Shown: positions 38,724-48,831 of the stretch, piece after piece
Layout: each line of letters begins with the position of its first letter
Numbering within the stretch: the stretch's first letter is position 1
From: a virus
Virus record (IMG/VR): IMGVR_UViG_3300023184_000094
Span: 1 to 64,000 of that record
Length of the DNA stretch: 64,000 bases
Reading direction: 5' to 3' (one strand)
Notes under the pieces: model-generated
What the model saw: the letters and a program-made list of their open reading frames with translations, nothing else
Databases searched by the model: none
Told to the model about the DNA's origin: nothing
Position numbers and translations under genes: made by a program

Positions 38724-40945
38724 TGACAATTAAGATTAGCCAACTTGGAAATGTAGCTGCCATACAGGGCAATGTCCTGTTACCAATAGTCAGCAACATT
38801 ACGGGCACTCAAACAACCGTAAAAGCCAATGTGGATCAACTACAAAATTACATTTTAAGTAATGCCGGCAATATAACACCATTGGCCAGTAATACTTATA
38901 GCCTTGGTAACTCTACTACATGGTGGAAAGATCTTTGGATCAGCAATACAACGATTTATATTGGTGGCGTTGCTTTAGCCACAGCAGGTGGTAAATTAAC
39001 CTTGGGCGGTGCCAATGTAGGCACAACTGGCTTAGATACCTATACTGGTAATGTTAGTGGTGGAGCAGTTAGCCTAAGTGGAGCGGTAGGACCAATCCTT
39101 AGTGCGTCAGTAGTCGACGGTGGTCAAGGCTTTAGTGCAGGCCTAACATGGTTGACAGGGATTAGCCAAGTAAATGGAGCTTATTGCACTGTTAGTGCCC
39201 CAACTGTTACTGCCCCTCCAAACAGATCAATCATAAGTGTAGTAATAGTTAACCCAGGTAATGCATTCCACGTAGGTGATCTTATAACAGTGGTCAATGA
39301 TAATACTCCTGATCCAGGTAACGGATATCCTGTGAGTAACGCTACTATCAGAGTTACTGAACTCATAGGCGCCCCTAAGCCAGCGATCTATGTTGGTAAC
39401 ACTGCTTGGAGTTTTGGTGCTGAAGGTGAGTTAACTACTCCGGGTAATATCTTATTACCTGACAGCACAGCGATCTACAACGAAGATGAAAATACAGCAG
39501 TCTTTACCAGCAATATTCTCAGCGATACCACAGGGGTGTCAATAACAGATGGTGGCAATGCCAGTGTATATGTTGGTGGAAACACGTGGACATTTGATCC
39601 ATCTGGAACTACAACATTCCCTGGTAATACAACCATTGACATCAATGGTGATATATCAGCTGGCAATATTGATGTTTACGATGTTACGACTGACACTGTT
39701 AGTTTAGGTTCTACAGAATTATACGGTAGCAGCGGCAGTGTTATATTCAGTGAAGCGACAATAACCACCACAGTCGGAAGCCAATATTGGGGATTCAACC
39801 CAGCCGGAATTACATGGTTCTATGTAGCCGATACCGCCGGAGTTGAAGTGGGTATGCAGATCTATTGGGGAGCGTATCCAATAGGCTCGGTCACAAGTGT
39901 GACATCTGGTAACGTTTCTTGCACTCCATTACAATATGTAACTCCAAACTTCGTTGCTAACACATTGGTATCATTTGGTAATCTTGCTTCTTTATCAACA
40001 GATACTATTTCGAGTCCAACTGGCAATGTTTCAATTGAGGGCAATGTTTCAACTGGTAATGTATCAGTGACAGGTAATATCACGGTATTGCAATGGCTCA
40101 ATGCCTCACCAACAGGTAATATCAATATTGGCAGTCCAGTCAGACACAATAGTAATGTTACAGTCTTACAATGGCTGAACGGTCCCCCATCTGCTAACTT
40201 AAATATCAGTTCAGGTAGCGGACAACCTATACGATTATTAGCAAACGCAGGTGCAAAAGCCTGGACATTTAACAGCAATGGCAGCGTAACGTTCCCAGAT
40301 AATACTCTACAAACTTCTGGTTACCCTGGACAACTTTATGGTAATGCACAAGTCAGCACATATCTACCAACCTACGGTGGTAATGTTGGGCCAATTGCTG
40401 TCAGTGGTAATTTATCAGTCTTTGGCGTAGTTAATGCTGGCTTCCCAAGCGCAATATCTTATCCTGGCGTAGTAGTAAATGCTGTAAATGATGCTAACAG
40501 TTATGTGCAATTAAACATACAAAATATTAATACTGTGGGCAATTTGGTTAGCACAGATGTTATAGCTACAGCACCCAATGGCACAGATTCTAGTCGTTAC
40601 ATTGACATGGGCATCAACGGTAATAACTATAGTTCGAGCTCATGGACAATTAGTGGCGCAAATGACGGCTATGTTTACATTAATTCAGGTAATTTGACCC
40701 TAGGAACAGACACCCCAAATACCACGGTCAAAGTCCACGTAGGTGGGACCTTAGCTGGTAATGTGGTCGCAACATTTAGTAATTCTAATGTGACCATTGG
40801 TGGTAATTTGATCGTAAGTAACACTTATGTTCCGACAGCTAATAACTCAGTGGGCTCTAAAGGACAAATTAGCTACGACAGCAGTTACGTTTATGTATGT
40901 ATTGCGGCCAATACTTGGCGACGTGCTAACTTGGCGATATGGTAA
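38723..40945 (+). CDS. Tail fibre-like protein
   Basis: MTIKISQL start, many GN(V/I/L)(S/T) beta repeats, C-terminal GQISYDSSYVYVC.A.NTWRR motif common in phage fibres; TAATG coupling. Confidence 0.7.
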   Translation: MTIKISQLGNVAAIQGNVLLPIVSNITGTQTTVKANVDQLQNYILSNAGNITPLASNTYSLGNSTTWWKDLWISNTTIYIGGVALATAGGKLTLGGANVGTTGLDTYTGNVSGGAVSLSGAVGPILSASVVDGGQGFSAGLTWLTGISQVNGAYCTVSAPTVTAPPNRSIISVVIVNPGNAFHVGDLITVVNDNTPDPGNGYPVSNATIRVTELIGAPKPAIYVGNTAWSFGAEGELTTPGNILLPDSTAIYNEDENTAVFTSNILSDTTGVSITDGGNASVYVGGNTWTFDPSGTTTFPGNTTIDINGDISAGNIDVYDVTTDTVSLGSTELYGSSGSVIFSEATITTTVGSQYWGFNPAGITWFYVADTAGVEVGMQIYWGAYPIGSVTSVTSGNVSCTPLQYVTPNFVANTLVSFGNLASLSTDTISSPTGNVSIEGNVSTGNVSVTGNITVLQWLNASPTGNINIGSPVRHNSNVTVLQWLNGPPSANLNISSGSGQPIRLLANAGAKAWTFNSNGSVTFPDNTLQTSGYPGQLYGNAQVSTYLPTYGGNVGPIAVSGNLSVFGVVNAGFPSAISYPGVVVNAVNDANSYVQLNIQNINTVGNLVSTDVIATAPNGTDSSRYIDMGINGNNYSSSSWTISGANDGYVYINSGNLTLGTDTPNTTVKVHVGGTLAGNVVATFSNSNVTIGGNLIVSNTYVPTANNSVGSKGQISYDSSYVYVCIAANTWRRANLAIW

Positions 40946-40981
40946 GAAAAATCTATGGATAATATAGCGATAAATAAGAAT

Positions 40982-41635
40982 ATGACTACTACAACACAAG
41001 ATATTCAATCAAAAAAACAACCTGATGAAAAGGGCGGTATACACCTACAGGGCCATATCAAGATATTTGATCCTGTGACCAAGGAAGTATTTGTTAATAA
41101 ACGCAATGCTATCCACTATGAAAACTTCTCAGTGGCACTGGCAGAAAATGTTGCTAATAAAGGCACCAAGTTTATCACAGAAATGCACTTTGGTAATGGT
41201 GGCACCACAGTTGACCCTACAGGCGTTATTACATACTTGCCCACGAATACCAATGTGGCCAATGCTGATTTGTATAATCCTACTTACTTTAAAATCGTAG
41301 ATGATACAAATGCAGCCAATACAGATCCAGTGAACAACAAGATGATCGTGAATCATACTCCTGGACTAAAATATACAGATATAGTAGTAAGTTGTTTACT
41401 TGACTACGGTGAGCCAAGTGGACAAGCAGTGTTTGACAACAGCCAGACCCTAAACGGTGATTTTGTATTCGACGAATTGGGATTATTTGGTTACTTGAAT
41501 GGTGCGTCAGGATTAGGTGCAGGATTACCATTATTGACACACGTGATTTTCAGCCCAGTGCAGAAGGCACTGAATAGGCTTATTCAAATTGAATATACCG
41601 TGAGAGTTCAAACATTAACAAACTTGACAGCATAA
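40982..41635 (+). CDS. Virion structural protein (baseplate/fibre attachment)
   Basis: ORF track 40955; ATG 40982 lies 5 nt after a TAAATA box; NAIHYEN, FDELGL, LTHVIFSPVQK motifs; within the tail module. Confidence 0.6.
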   Translation: MTTTTQDIQSKKQPDEKGGIHLQGHIKIFDPVTKEVFVNKRNAIHYENFSVALAENVANKGTKFITEMHFGNGGTTVDPTGVITYLPTNTNVANADLYNPTYFKIVDDTNAANTDPVNNKMIVNHTPGLKYTDIVVSCLLDYGEPSGQAVFDNSQTLNGDFVFDELGLFGYLNGASGLGAGLPLLTHVIFSPVQKALNRLIQIEYTVRVQTLTNLTA

Positions 41636-41650
41636 CTAGGATAACGAAAA

Positions 41651-43042
41651 ATGTCGTATGTAATTAACTTACCCAATGGCGGAACACTTTGCACTATACT
41701 TGATGGTACAGTGAACAATACTGCTTCCAGCTTGACTTTAGTAGGACGTAACTATGCAGGTTACGGGGAAATCATCGCTGAGGACCTTGTAGCATTATTA
41801 GTAAACTTCTCTAACAGTGTGAGTCCAACTGCTCCTAACGTTGGACAATTATGGTATGATACCAGTAATAAGACATTAAAAGTCTGGACAGCCACTTCTG
41901 TCTGGAAAAACGTAGGTAGTTGCACAAGTCAATCATCACCTCCAAGCACAACAGTCGCAGGCGACCTATGGTGGGATGATACCAATAAACAGTTATACTG
42001 CTATGATGGTACTACTCCTTATGCAGCCGCAGGCTGGATCTTAGTAGGCCCTGGTTACAGTGTAGTCTACGGTAAGAGTGGCGCACTTTGGGAACAGATC
42101 AGCAATGGTACAACTACATTTGATGTTGTTTCTATGTATCTCGATGGCACACGCACAGCGATAATCAGCTCATCAGCATTTACTCCAGCAACACCAATCA
42201 CAGGATTTAGCAGTATTAAAGTTGGCTATAATATGAGCACAACCAGCACTGCTGGTACAATTTGGGGAACAGCTAATAATGCTAGCTATCTAGGTGACCA
42301 ACCAGCGGCTAATTATTTCCGCAACAACATTAACAACAGCGGTACAGGCACACTGACGATTTTAAACAACAGTGGGTTGACACTTGGTAACTATCAAGTT
42401 GCTACACTATCTACAGCCAGCAACACATTAACAATCACTAATAATATCAACGGTGGTAATATCAGTGTTAAAGCTACTACAGCAGGCATCGCTACACAAT
42501 ACCTAAGCATCAACGGTGTTAGTGGCGCGGTTGAAGTTGCTGCCGACCCAACAACAGTGTTGGGTGTTACGACTAAACAATATGTTGATAATAGATTTAT
42601 TAATGCTAACCTATGGGGCATTTCAACAGCAATAACAGCACCAGCAGGCACAAGTAACACGATGATAGCTACCACAGAATTCGTAGCATCAGGTTTATCT
42701 GGATTATTTCCATATAAGATCTATCAAAACAATAGTTGGATGTGGATCAATGACAGCGGCACAGGATCAGCAAACTTGGTGATCGATGGATCAACAGTAA
42801 TGCTAGCCACATCAACAGGTGTAAACTTGTCTAGTGGTGCTACCGTTGACGTTGCTACCGCAGGTCGCGGTGATTCAGGTGATGCTAAAGTAGCATCAAC
42901 AGGTTATGTAAGAACAGCAGGACAATGGTGGGGCAATGCGGCACATCGCAGTGCTAAGATCGTCAGCACTAGTGAACCTAATCCAGGCGTCAATGATGTA
43001 GGTTCTGCGGATGGTGACTTCTGGTTCCAAATAGAAAGTTAA
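41651..43042 (+). CDS. Tail fibre/baseplate protein, paralog 1
   Basis: LVGRNYAGYG N-terminal motif, two G(Q/D)LW(Y/W)D repeats, IATTEFV fibre repeat. Confidence 0.65.
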   Translation: MSYVINLPNGGTLCTILDGTVNNTASSLTLVGRNYAGYGEIIAEDLVALLVNFSNSVSPTAPNVGQLWYDTSNKTLKVWTATSVWKNVGSCTSQSSPPSTTVAGDLWWDDTNKQLYCYDGTTPYAAAGWILVGPGYSVVYGKSGALWEQISNGTTTFDVVSMYLDGTRTAIISSSAFTPATPITGFSSIKVGYNMSTTSTAGTIWGTANNASYLGDQPAANYFRNNINNSGTGTLTILNNSGLTLGNYQVATLSTASNTLTITNNINGGNISVKATTAGIATQYLSINGVSGAVEVAADPTTVLGVTTKQYVDNRFINANLWGISTAITAPAGTSNTMIATTEFVASGLSGLFPYKIYQNNSWMWINDSGTGSANLVIDGSTVMLATSTGVNLSSGATVDVATAGRGDSGDAKVASTGYVRTAGQWWGNAAHRSAKIVSTSEPNPGVNDVGSADGDFWFQIES

Positions 43043-43055
43043 TTAAGGCGAAAGA

Positions 43056-44330
43056 ATGGCATATTCAATAACAACAACATCTGGTAGCTTTGTAGCTACC
43101 GTTCAAGATGCGACAATCAATACATCTGCTACTCCACTGACTTTAATTGGTAGAGATTACGCAGGCTATGGTGCTTTCTTAAATGAAAACTTTGTGCACC
43201 TCTTAGAAAATTTTGCGGCTAATACTGCCCCTGCGCAAGCAAAAAGACTCACAGGCATGCTTTGGTATGATACTCAAGTAAACACTTTGAAGGTGTGGAA
43301 TATTGGCGCAAACGTTTGGAAACCTGTTGGTAGTAGTATTTCACAAGCAGGAGCACCCTTGACTGGGACCGCAGGTGATCTGTGGTTTGACACTACCAAT
43401 AATCAACTATATGCTTGGAGTGAGATCAGCCTTACCTGGGTATTAATTGGACCTCCTAGCACACTACAAGGATCTGGTGCCGTTGTTACTACTATCAATG
43501 ATTCTAGTTCCAATCCGCATGTAGTTATACAACTTAAAGTTGAAGACAGCATCGTAGGTATAATTAGCTATGACGCTGCATTTACCCCACAAATCACCTT
43601 ATCCGGGTTCCCTACAATCAAACCAGGGTTTAATCTAAACAGTACCAGCTCAGTTGGCGCACAGTTTACAGGTGATGCCAGTAACGCACTTTATCTAAAT
43701 GGTGTAGCTTCTAATCAATTCTTGCGTAGTGATCAAAATACCAGCACACCTTATAGCCTAGGCGTGGGTAATTTAATAGTTGGAACAGATTTAACAATCG
43801 CATCTCAAGCTAGCGAAGTCAGCGTTCGCGGCACTACTAACTATAAAGACATTACTTTCTATGCAAATATTGGTGGTAATACCACAACTAAATCAATAGC
43901 TATCAGTGGCAGCACTGGCAGTGTAAGTTTTGACAAGTCAGTCAGCATCAGCGAAAATTTATCTGCAGCAGGTACACTATCAGTTACCGGAGTCAGCACA
44001 TTAGTAGGTGCGGTATCTGTGCAAAATGGATTATTACCAACCAGTGATAATACTATCGATATTGGTCTCAGCAATAAAAAATTCAACAAAATATATTCTA
44101 GTTCATTCGTTGGTAACTTAATCAACGGAAATGTAACTGCAACCACAGCAACAATATCAGGCAATCTAACAGTAGCCGGTAATATCTTTATTAATAGCAA
44201 CGTGGTTGCCACACAAAGTTATGTAACTTCAACTATAGCTACCGCTGGTAAAAACAGCCAAGGCAACAAATACGTATCTGCATCTCCCCCAAGTGGTGGC
44301 AGTAACGGGGATATTTGGTATCAAATATAA
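43056..44330 (+). CDS. Tail fibre/baseplate protein, paralog 2
   Basis: LIGRDYAGYG..LNENFVHLLENF, GMLWYD/GDLWFD repeats, ends GDIWYQI. Confidence 0.65.
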   Translation: MAYSITTTSGSFVATVQDATINTSATPLTLIGRDYAGYGAFLNENFVHLLENFAANTAPAQAKRLTGMLWYDTQVNTLKVWNIGANVWKPVGSSISQAGAPLTGTAGDLWFDTTNNQLYAWSEISLTWVLIGPPSTLQGSGAVVTTINDSSSNPHVVIQLKVEDSIVGIISYDAAFTPQITLSGFPTIKPGFNLNSTSSVGAQFTGDASNALYLNGVASNQFLRSDQNTSTPYSLGVGNLIVGTDLTIASQASEVSVRGTTNYKDITFYANIGGNTTTKSIAISGSTGSVSFDKSVSISENLSAAGTLSVTGVSTLVGAVSVQNGLLPTSDNTIDIGLSNKKFNKIYSSSFVGNLINGNVTATTATISGNLTVAGNIFINSNVVATQSYVTSTIATAGKNSQGNKYVSASPPSGGSNGDIWYQI

Positions 44331-45172
44331 TGTCAAAATTATATGTATGGGACAGCAACACTCGTTCACAGGTCAAAGAACTCTATGTCAAAAATGGTGG
44401 TACTTGGGCTAATGTAAGATACGGTTATACTAACGTTAACGGTGTATGGCAACAGTTTTATCCTGACAGCATTACCACAACAACTTATAGCACTCCAGGA
44501 ACTTATACCTATACTATTCCAGCTGGCGTGCATTCTGCTAACTTAACCGTTGCAGGAGCAGGTGGAGGATCAGGTGGTGGCGATGGTGGTAATCCAGCTA
44601 CTGTTGGATTTGCTGGTAATGTTGTAACAGCTACTATACAAGTAACTCCAGGAGACGTGTTTACATTTATAGTTGGTGGTGGAGGTGCCGCTGGAGCCAC
44701 GACTCGTGGAACTGGGGGCGGAACTGGAGGCGTAGATCCAGGTGGAACATATAATGGTGGCCGCGGTGGTAACGCAGGCGGGTCTGGATCATCAGGTGCT
44801 GGTGGTGGTGGCGGAGCTGCAACCACAGTAAGACTAGGTGCTACTCAAATCATCGTAGCCGCTGGTGGCGGTGGAGCTGGAGGTGCGGGATTATATAGTG
44901 GCGGATTAGGGCAAGGTGCCACAGCTTATAATGCTACATCAACTGGAGCCCAAGGTGTAGACAAATCTGGTGACGGTGGTGGCGGCGGTGGTGGTGGTGC
45001 TGGATATCCATTAGGTGGTGGCGGAGGTGCAACACCGGGTGGTGACAGTGGTGCTTATTCTGGTATAAATGGTCAGAATTTAACACCTCTAGGTGTTACT
45101 CCTACGATTGGAACCAATGGTGGACCTGCTTCGAATCCAGGTGGAGATGGTTACGTAACCATTGCCCCGTAA
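44330..45172 (+). CDS. Glycine-rich fibre tip/adhesin-like protein
   Basis: ATG 44330 overlaps the upstream stop (TAATG); YVKNGGTW...NGVWQQF N-terminus then many GGGG runs, reminiscent of gp38-type adhesins. Confidence 0.65.
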   Translation: MSKLYVWDSNTRSQVKELYVKNGGTWANVRYGYTNVNGVWQQFYPDSITTTTYSTPGTYTYTIPAGVHSANLTVAGAGGGSGGGDGGNPATVGFAGNVVTATIQVTPGDVFTFIVGGGGAAGATTRGTGGGTGGVDPGGTYNGGRGGNAGGSGSSGAGGGGGAATTVRLGATQIIVAAGGGGAGGAGLYSGGLGQGATAYNATSTGAQGVDKSGDGGGGGGGGAGYPLGGGGGATPGGDSGAYSGINGQNLTPLGVTPTIGTNGGPASNPGGDGYVTIAP

Positions 45173-45176
45173 CAGT

Positions 45177-45198
45177 GATAAATAATATAATATAAATA
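45177..45198 (+). promoter_or_regulatory. Tandem late promoter boxes GATAAATA (45177-45184) and TATAAATA (45191-45198)
   Basis: Intergenic, upstream of ATG 45209. Confidence 0.7.
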
Positions 45199-45208
45199 GG
45201 TTAGAAAA

Positions 45209-46645
45209 ATGACATATACAGTTACTACAACAGCGGGTGCGGTTATAGCCGATGTTCAAGACGGTACCGTAAATACCACAGCAACTAGTATTACTTTAAT
45301 TGGTAAAAACTATGCTGGTTATGGTATTTTCCTTAATGAAAACTATGTGCAACACCTAGAGAACTTCTCTAACAGCACACCACCAAATGCACCTTTAACA
45401 GGCCAACTTTGGTATGACAATGTTAACGACGTGCTAAAAGTATATAACAGTGTTAATAATATTTGGAAACCAATTTCAAGCTCAATTTCACAGTCAACAG
45501 CACCATCAAATGCTATCTCAGTCACTGGTGATATTTGGTGGGATACTACTAATGCGCAATTAAAAGTATATTCAGGCAGTGCTTGGATCACAATCGGACC
45601 ATCATATACTTCAACAGCAGGTACTTCAGGTGCTGTAGTTGAAACTATATTAGATACCAGCTCAGGTAGTCATGTTGTGGTTAAATTCTATATCAGCAAC
45701 AGTGCTATTGCTATCCTAAGCAAAGATTCTACATTTACACCACAAACAGCGATTCCTGGATTTAGCACACTTATCCCAGGACTTAACTTGATCAGCCAAG
45801 CAACACTGACTGGTGCACAATTTACAGGTGCTACTACAGGTGCTAGCACATTAGGTGGATATTCAGCTAGCCAATTCTTGCTTAAAGATACTCCACAAAC
45901 TACCACAGGTGCATTAACTTTAGGTGGCGGTGCAACTATTGGTAGCGATCTGATATTAGATGCCAGTGGAGCCTCAGTAGCAGTGGTCCAAGAAACTACA
46001 AATAACAAGAACATACGGTTTGATGTAAACTCAAACGGTGTGCAGACAGCACTATTAACACTGGCTGCTTCGAGCAAACTATCAACATTCAGTGGTGCAC
46101 TAACAGCTACGGGTAATTTAACAGCATCAAGCTACAGTATATTTAATAATGCTTTAGTCCCATCAAGCAGTGGTGCGATTAATATTGGGTCAAGCGCACT
46201 TAAATTTGCCAATGTGTATGCTAACTACCTAGTAGGTACCTCAGTCACAGCACAATACGCTGACTTGGCAGAAAGATTTGAATCAGACGTATCATACCCG
46301 GCTGGTACAGTGGTAGCACTTGGTGGTGCTAAAGAAATTACTGCGGCCGCTGAAGATCTAACAGAAGACGTATTTGGTGTTATCAGCACTCGCGCAGCAT
46401 TCTTGATGAATGGCGATGCTGGATCAAATGTAACACATCCAGCCGTAGCAGTCCAAGGACGTGTTCCTGTGCGTGTTACAGGACAAGTTAAGAAAGGTGA
46501 TCGACTAGTTTCAGCAGGTGCTGGACTAGCCCGAGCAGCTAATCGTAGTGAAATTACAGCATTTAACGTTATCGGACGTAGCTTACAAGATAAAACGTCA
46601 GCAGGCGAAGGCACCGTAGAAGCCATTGTCAAGCTAAATAGTTAA
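45209..46645 (+). CDS. Tail fibre/baseplate protein, paralog 3, with C-terminal YADLAE domain
   Basis: LIGKNYAGYG..LNENYVQHLENF; C-terminal YADLAERF...GTVV..GG...GRVPVRV.G...KGDRLV resembling intramolecular-chaperone-type fibre ends. Confidence 0.65.
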   Translation: MTYTVTTTAGAVIADVQDGTVNTTATSITLIGKNYAGYGIFLNENYVQHLENFSNSTPPNAPLTGQLWYDNVNDVLKVYNSVNNIWKPISSSISQSTAPSNAISVTGDIWWDTTNAQLKVYSGSAWITIGPSYTSTAGTSGAVVETILDTSSGSHVVVKFYISNSAIAILSKDSTFTPQTAIPGFSTLIPGLNLISQATLTGAQFTGATTGASTLGGYSASQFLLKDTPQTTTGALTLGGGATIGSDLILDASGASVAVVQETTNNKNIRFDVNSNGVQTALLTLAASSKLSTFSGALTATGNLTASSYSIFNNALVPSSSGAINIGSSALKFANVYANYLVGTSVTAQYADLAERFESDVSYPAGTVVALGGAKEITAAAEDLTEDVFGVISTRAAFLMNGDAGSNVTHPAVAVQGRVPVRVTGQVKKGDRLVSAGAGLARAANRSEITAFNVIGRSLQDKTSAGEGTVEAIVKLNS

Positions 46646-46662
46646 TAAAGGGTTAAAGTAAC

Positions 46663-47661
46663 ATGGCATATTCAACAGGCGGAACGATACAAGCGATTGA
46701 TTTTAACTATCTGGCAGCAGGTGGTAATACTCAAGTCGCTACAGCTGCGATTAACAACGTATTTTATGTTCTAGGAACATCAAAAGGTGCATTTGGTTAC
46801 GGCCAAGATTGCTCAAGTATCACCCCAGTCAGTGTTACCCCAGCAACAACAACGATCACAGCAGCACAATGGGCAGGTCTTGTTTACCTAGTAAATCGTG
46901 GCCTAGGACATCAAAGCGGTGCCGGTGCACAGCTAGCTTCAGGTAGTAATATCGGTGTTACGCCAGGCGCTACTATATCAGCTTTTGCCAACGTCAGCAC
47001 AGCGGTTACTACCATCAATACCAATGCTAATGTATTCACAGCACAAGGAACTACAACAGCTGGTAGTGTGTTAAATACCGCAGTCGTGTTTGTAGGATCC
47101 ACATCAACAGCGGCTAACACATTATCATTTACTAGAACTATAACTTTTGGCAGTGGTGATGCTGCACGTTATTTCTTCAATGCAGGCGGACAGATTAACT
47201 TTACTCTTACTGCTACAAACAACAATGCTACCCTACGCAGTGCTGACTTGGTAACAAACTGGCAAAGCGGTCAAGGTGGTGGCAGTATCAAAGGTATCAC
47301 AGCAGGTGCTAGGACTGGTTCAGGACAGACATTAACCTCAGAAGATCTAACATTAGGTTATTGGAAATGCACAGGCGCCAATCAAAGCATGCGTAAAATT
47401 ACCAGTAACAACTATCGTTACGAGTATAATACAGACTTTACAGAAATACTTGTAAGAACAAACGGAGTCCAAGGCAGTAATAACGACAACGGAACGATAA
47501 TCACATTTACCTTTAGTATTTCAATGGCTGGTGCTATCAATGCTGCAATGACTGGCCCATATAATGACAATGTCGACGTGACATTAGGTGTAAAATTTGA
47601 CATCGTTGAACCAGAAACCACATTCTTAACCAAAACTTGGACTAATCCAACAATAGCGTAG
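46663..47661 (+). CDS. Virion structural protein
   Basis: Thr/Gly/Asn-rich; MAYSTGGTIQA.DFN and ARYFFNAGG motifs; last gene before the terminator. Confidence 0.55.
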   Translation: MAYSTGGTIQAIDFNYLAAGGNTQVATAAINNVFYVLGTSKGAFGYGQDCSSITPVSVTPATTTITAAQWAGLVYLVNRGLGHQSGAGAQLASGSNIGVTPGATISAFANVSTAVTTINTNANVFTAQGTTTAGSVLNTAVVFVGSTSTAANTLSFTRTITFGSGDAARYFFNAGGQINFTLTATNNNATLRSADLVTNWQSGQGGGSIKGITAGARTGSGQTLTSEDLTLGYWKCTGANQSMRKITSNNYRYEYNTDFTEILVRTNGVQGSNNDNGTIITFTFSISMAGAINAAMTGPYNDNVDVTLGVKFDIVEPETTFLTKTWTNPTIA

Positions 47662-47678
47662 TAATTATACAAATATAT

Positions 47679-47710
47679 AAAAAGCACTCTTACACGAGTG
47701 CTTTTTTTTT
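47679..47710 (+). terminator. Rho-independent (probably bidirectional) terminator closing the tail module
   Basis: AAAAAGCACTC-TTACAC-GAGTGCTTTTTTTTT. Confidence 0.9.
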
Positions 47711-47728
47711 GGCGGCAATATCACCACC

Positions 47729-47736
47729 GATAAATA
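47729..47736 (+). promoter_or_regulatory. Late promoter GATAAATA heading the modification-enzyme operon
   Basis: Immediately after the terminator, 5 nt before ATG 47742. Confidence 0.65.
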
Positions 47737-47741
47737 GCTGC

Positions 47742-48056
47742 ATGAGCGATTTAGAAAAACTTACCCAAGAAATACGATTAGCTACTAACTACCAAGTTAA
47801 TAAAAGGATCCTACGTGAAAAGATCCAAACAGATCTACATGTGCCTTACAATGGTGGATTATTCAAAGCATCACCAGAGTTGATAGCATTCCTTAGTGCA
47901 TGGGACACAGATGAATTATTCTTAGAAGATACATACCAAAATCCTGTCAAGATCAATCGTAAAGAATTACTCAATAAATGCCGTGAACATTATCAGATAA
48001 CGATGAACACGTGGCACGGTCAACATGAAGACATCAAGCGTGCAAGAAAAGTCTAG
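47742..48056 (+). CDS. Hypothetical protein
   Basis: ATG 47742 (MSDLEKL) preferred over the TTG within the terminator T-tract. Confidence 0.7.
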   Translation: MSDLEKLTQEIRLATNYQVNKRILREKIQTDLHVPYNGGLFKASPELIAFLSAWDTDELFLEDTYQNPVKINRKELLNKCREHYQITMNTWHGQHEDIKRARKV

Positions 48057-48831
48057 AGGCATATTACTATTTGCTTTCAATACCAGCGAAATTGACTATG
48101 TTGAAATAGCTCGTCGTTCTGCACGATTAGTTACCCATACATTAAATTTACCCGTTACATTAGTCACTGAGCAAGGTACCTCCGCTGACGGATTTGATCA
48201 GGTCATATACATCGACAATACCTTGCAAAATTACAAAATAGGTGAACGTGGCGCCTGGCGCAACGGTGATCGTTGGCAGGCTTATAATCTCAGCCCTTAC
48301 GATGAAACTATATTAATAGACAGCGATTATCTTGTATTAGATCAAAATCTACTTAAATTATTTGAACAAGATTTTGATTATCGTATAATGACGCACAATG
48401 ATAAACCTGCAGGTGCTTGGGCCTTGAATATGGGATTATTTGGTCTACAATATCTCTGGGCCACGGTTATCTTATTCCGTAAAACTTCACGTGCTGGTAT
48501 GCTGTTTGATCTAGTAGGCCGTATACAACGCAATTATCATTACTATTCTAGATTGTATCATATGCGAGATCGTAATTTCCGCAATGACTATGCATTTACT
48601 ATCGCTGATAATATCTTAAATGGATATCAGCCCGGAGAACAAGGCATTCCTTGGAGTATGTTAACGTTTGCTGATGTAGTGACCAGCATCACTGAAAAAG
48701 ACGATTTACTCACAATAAAAGAAACCGAAAAAGGTTATGTGATCCCCCGTCAAAATATACATGTCATGGACAAAGGCTATCTACTCAGTGATAACTTTGC
48801 TAACTTTGTGGAAGCAATATGCGTAAACTAG
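48025..48831 (+). CDS. GT-A fold nucleotide-diphospho-sugar transferase-like protein
   Basis: GILLFAFN...Y...A, LSPYDETILIDSD (DxD), RNDYAF; start uncertain. Confidence 0.7.
   Translation: MKTSSVQEKSRGILLFAFNTSEIDYVEIARRSARLVTHTLNLPVTLVTEQGTSADGFDQVIYIDNTLQNYKIGERGAWRNGDRWQAYNLSPYDETILIDSDYLVLDQNLLKLFEQDFDYRIMTHNDKPAGAWALNMGLFGLQYLWATVILFRKTSRAGMLFDLVGRIQRNYHYYSRLYHMRDRNFRNDYAFTIADNILNGYQPGEQGIPWSMLTFADVVTSITEKDDLLTIKETEKGYVIPRQNIHVMDKGYLLSDNFANFVEAICVN

Noticed and set aside
44540-45150. GGT/GGC-rich repeats as a DNA-level repeat element or collagen
   Set aside because: They encode poly-Gly runs with varied codons and lack Gly-X-Y periodicity.
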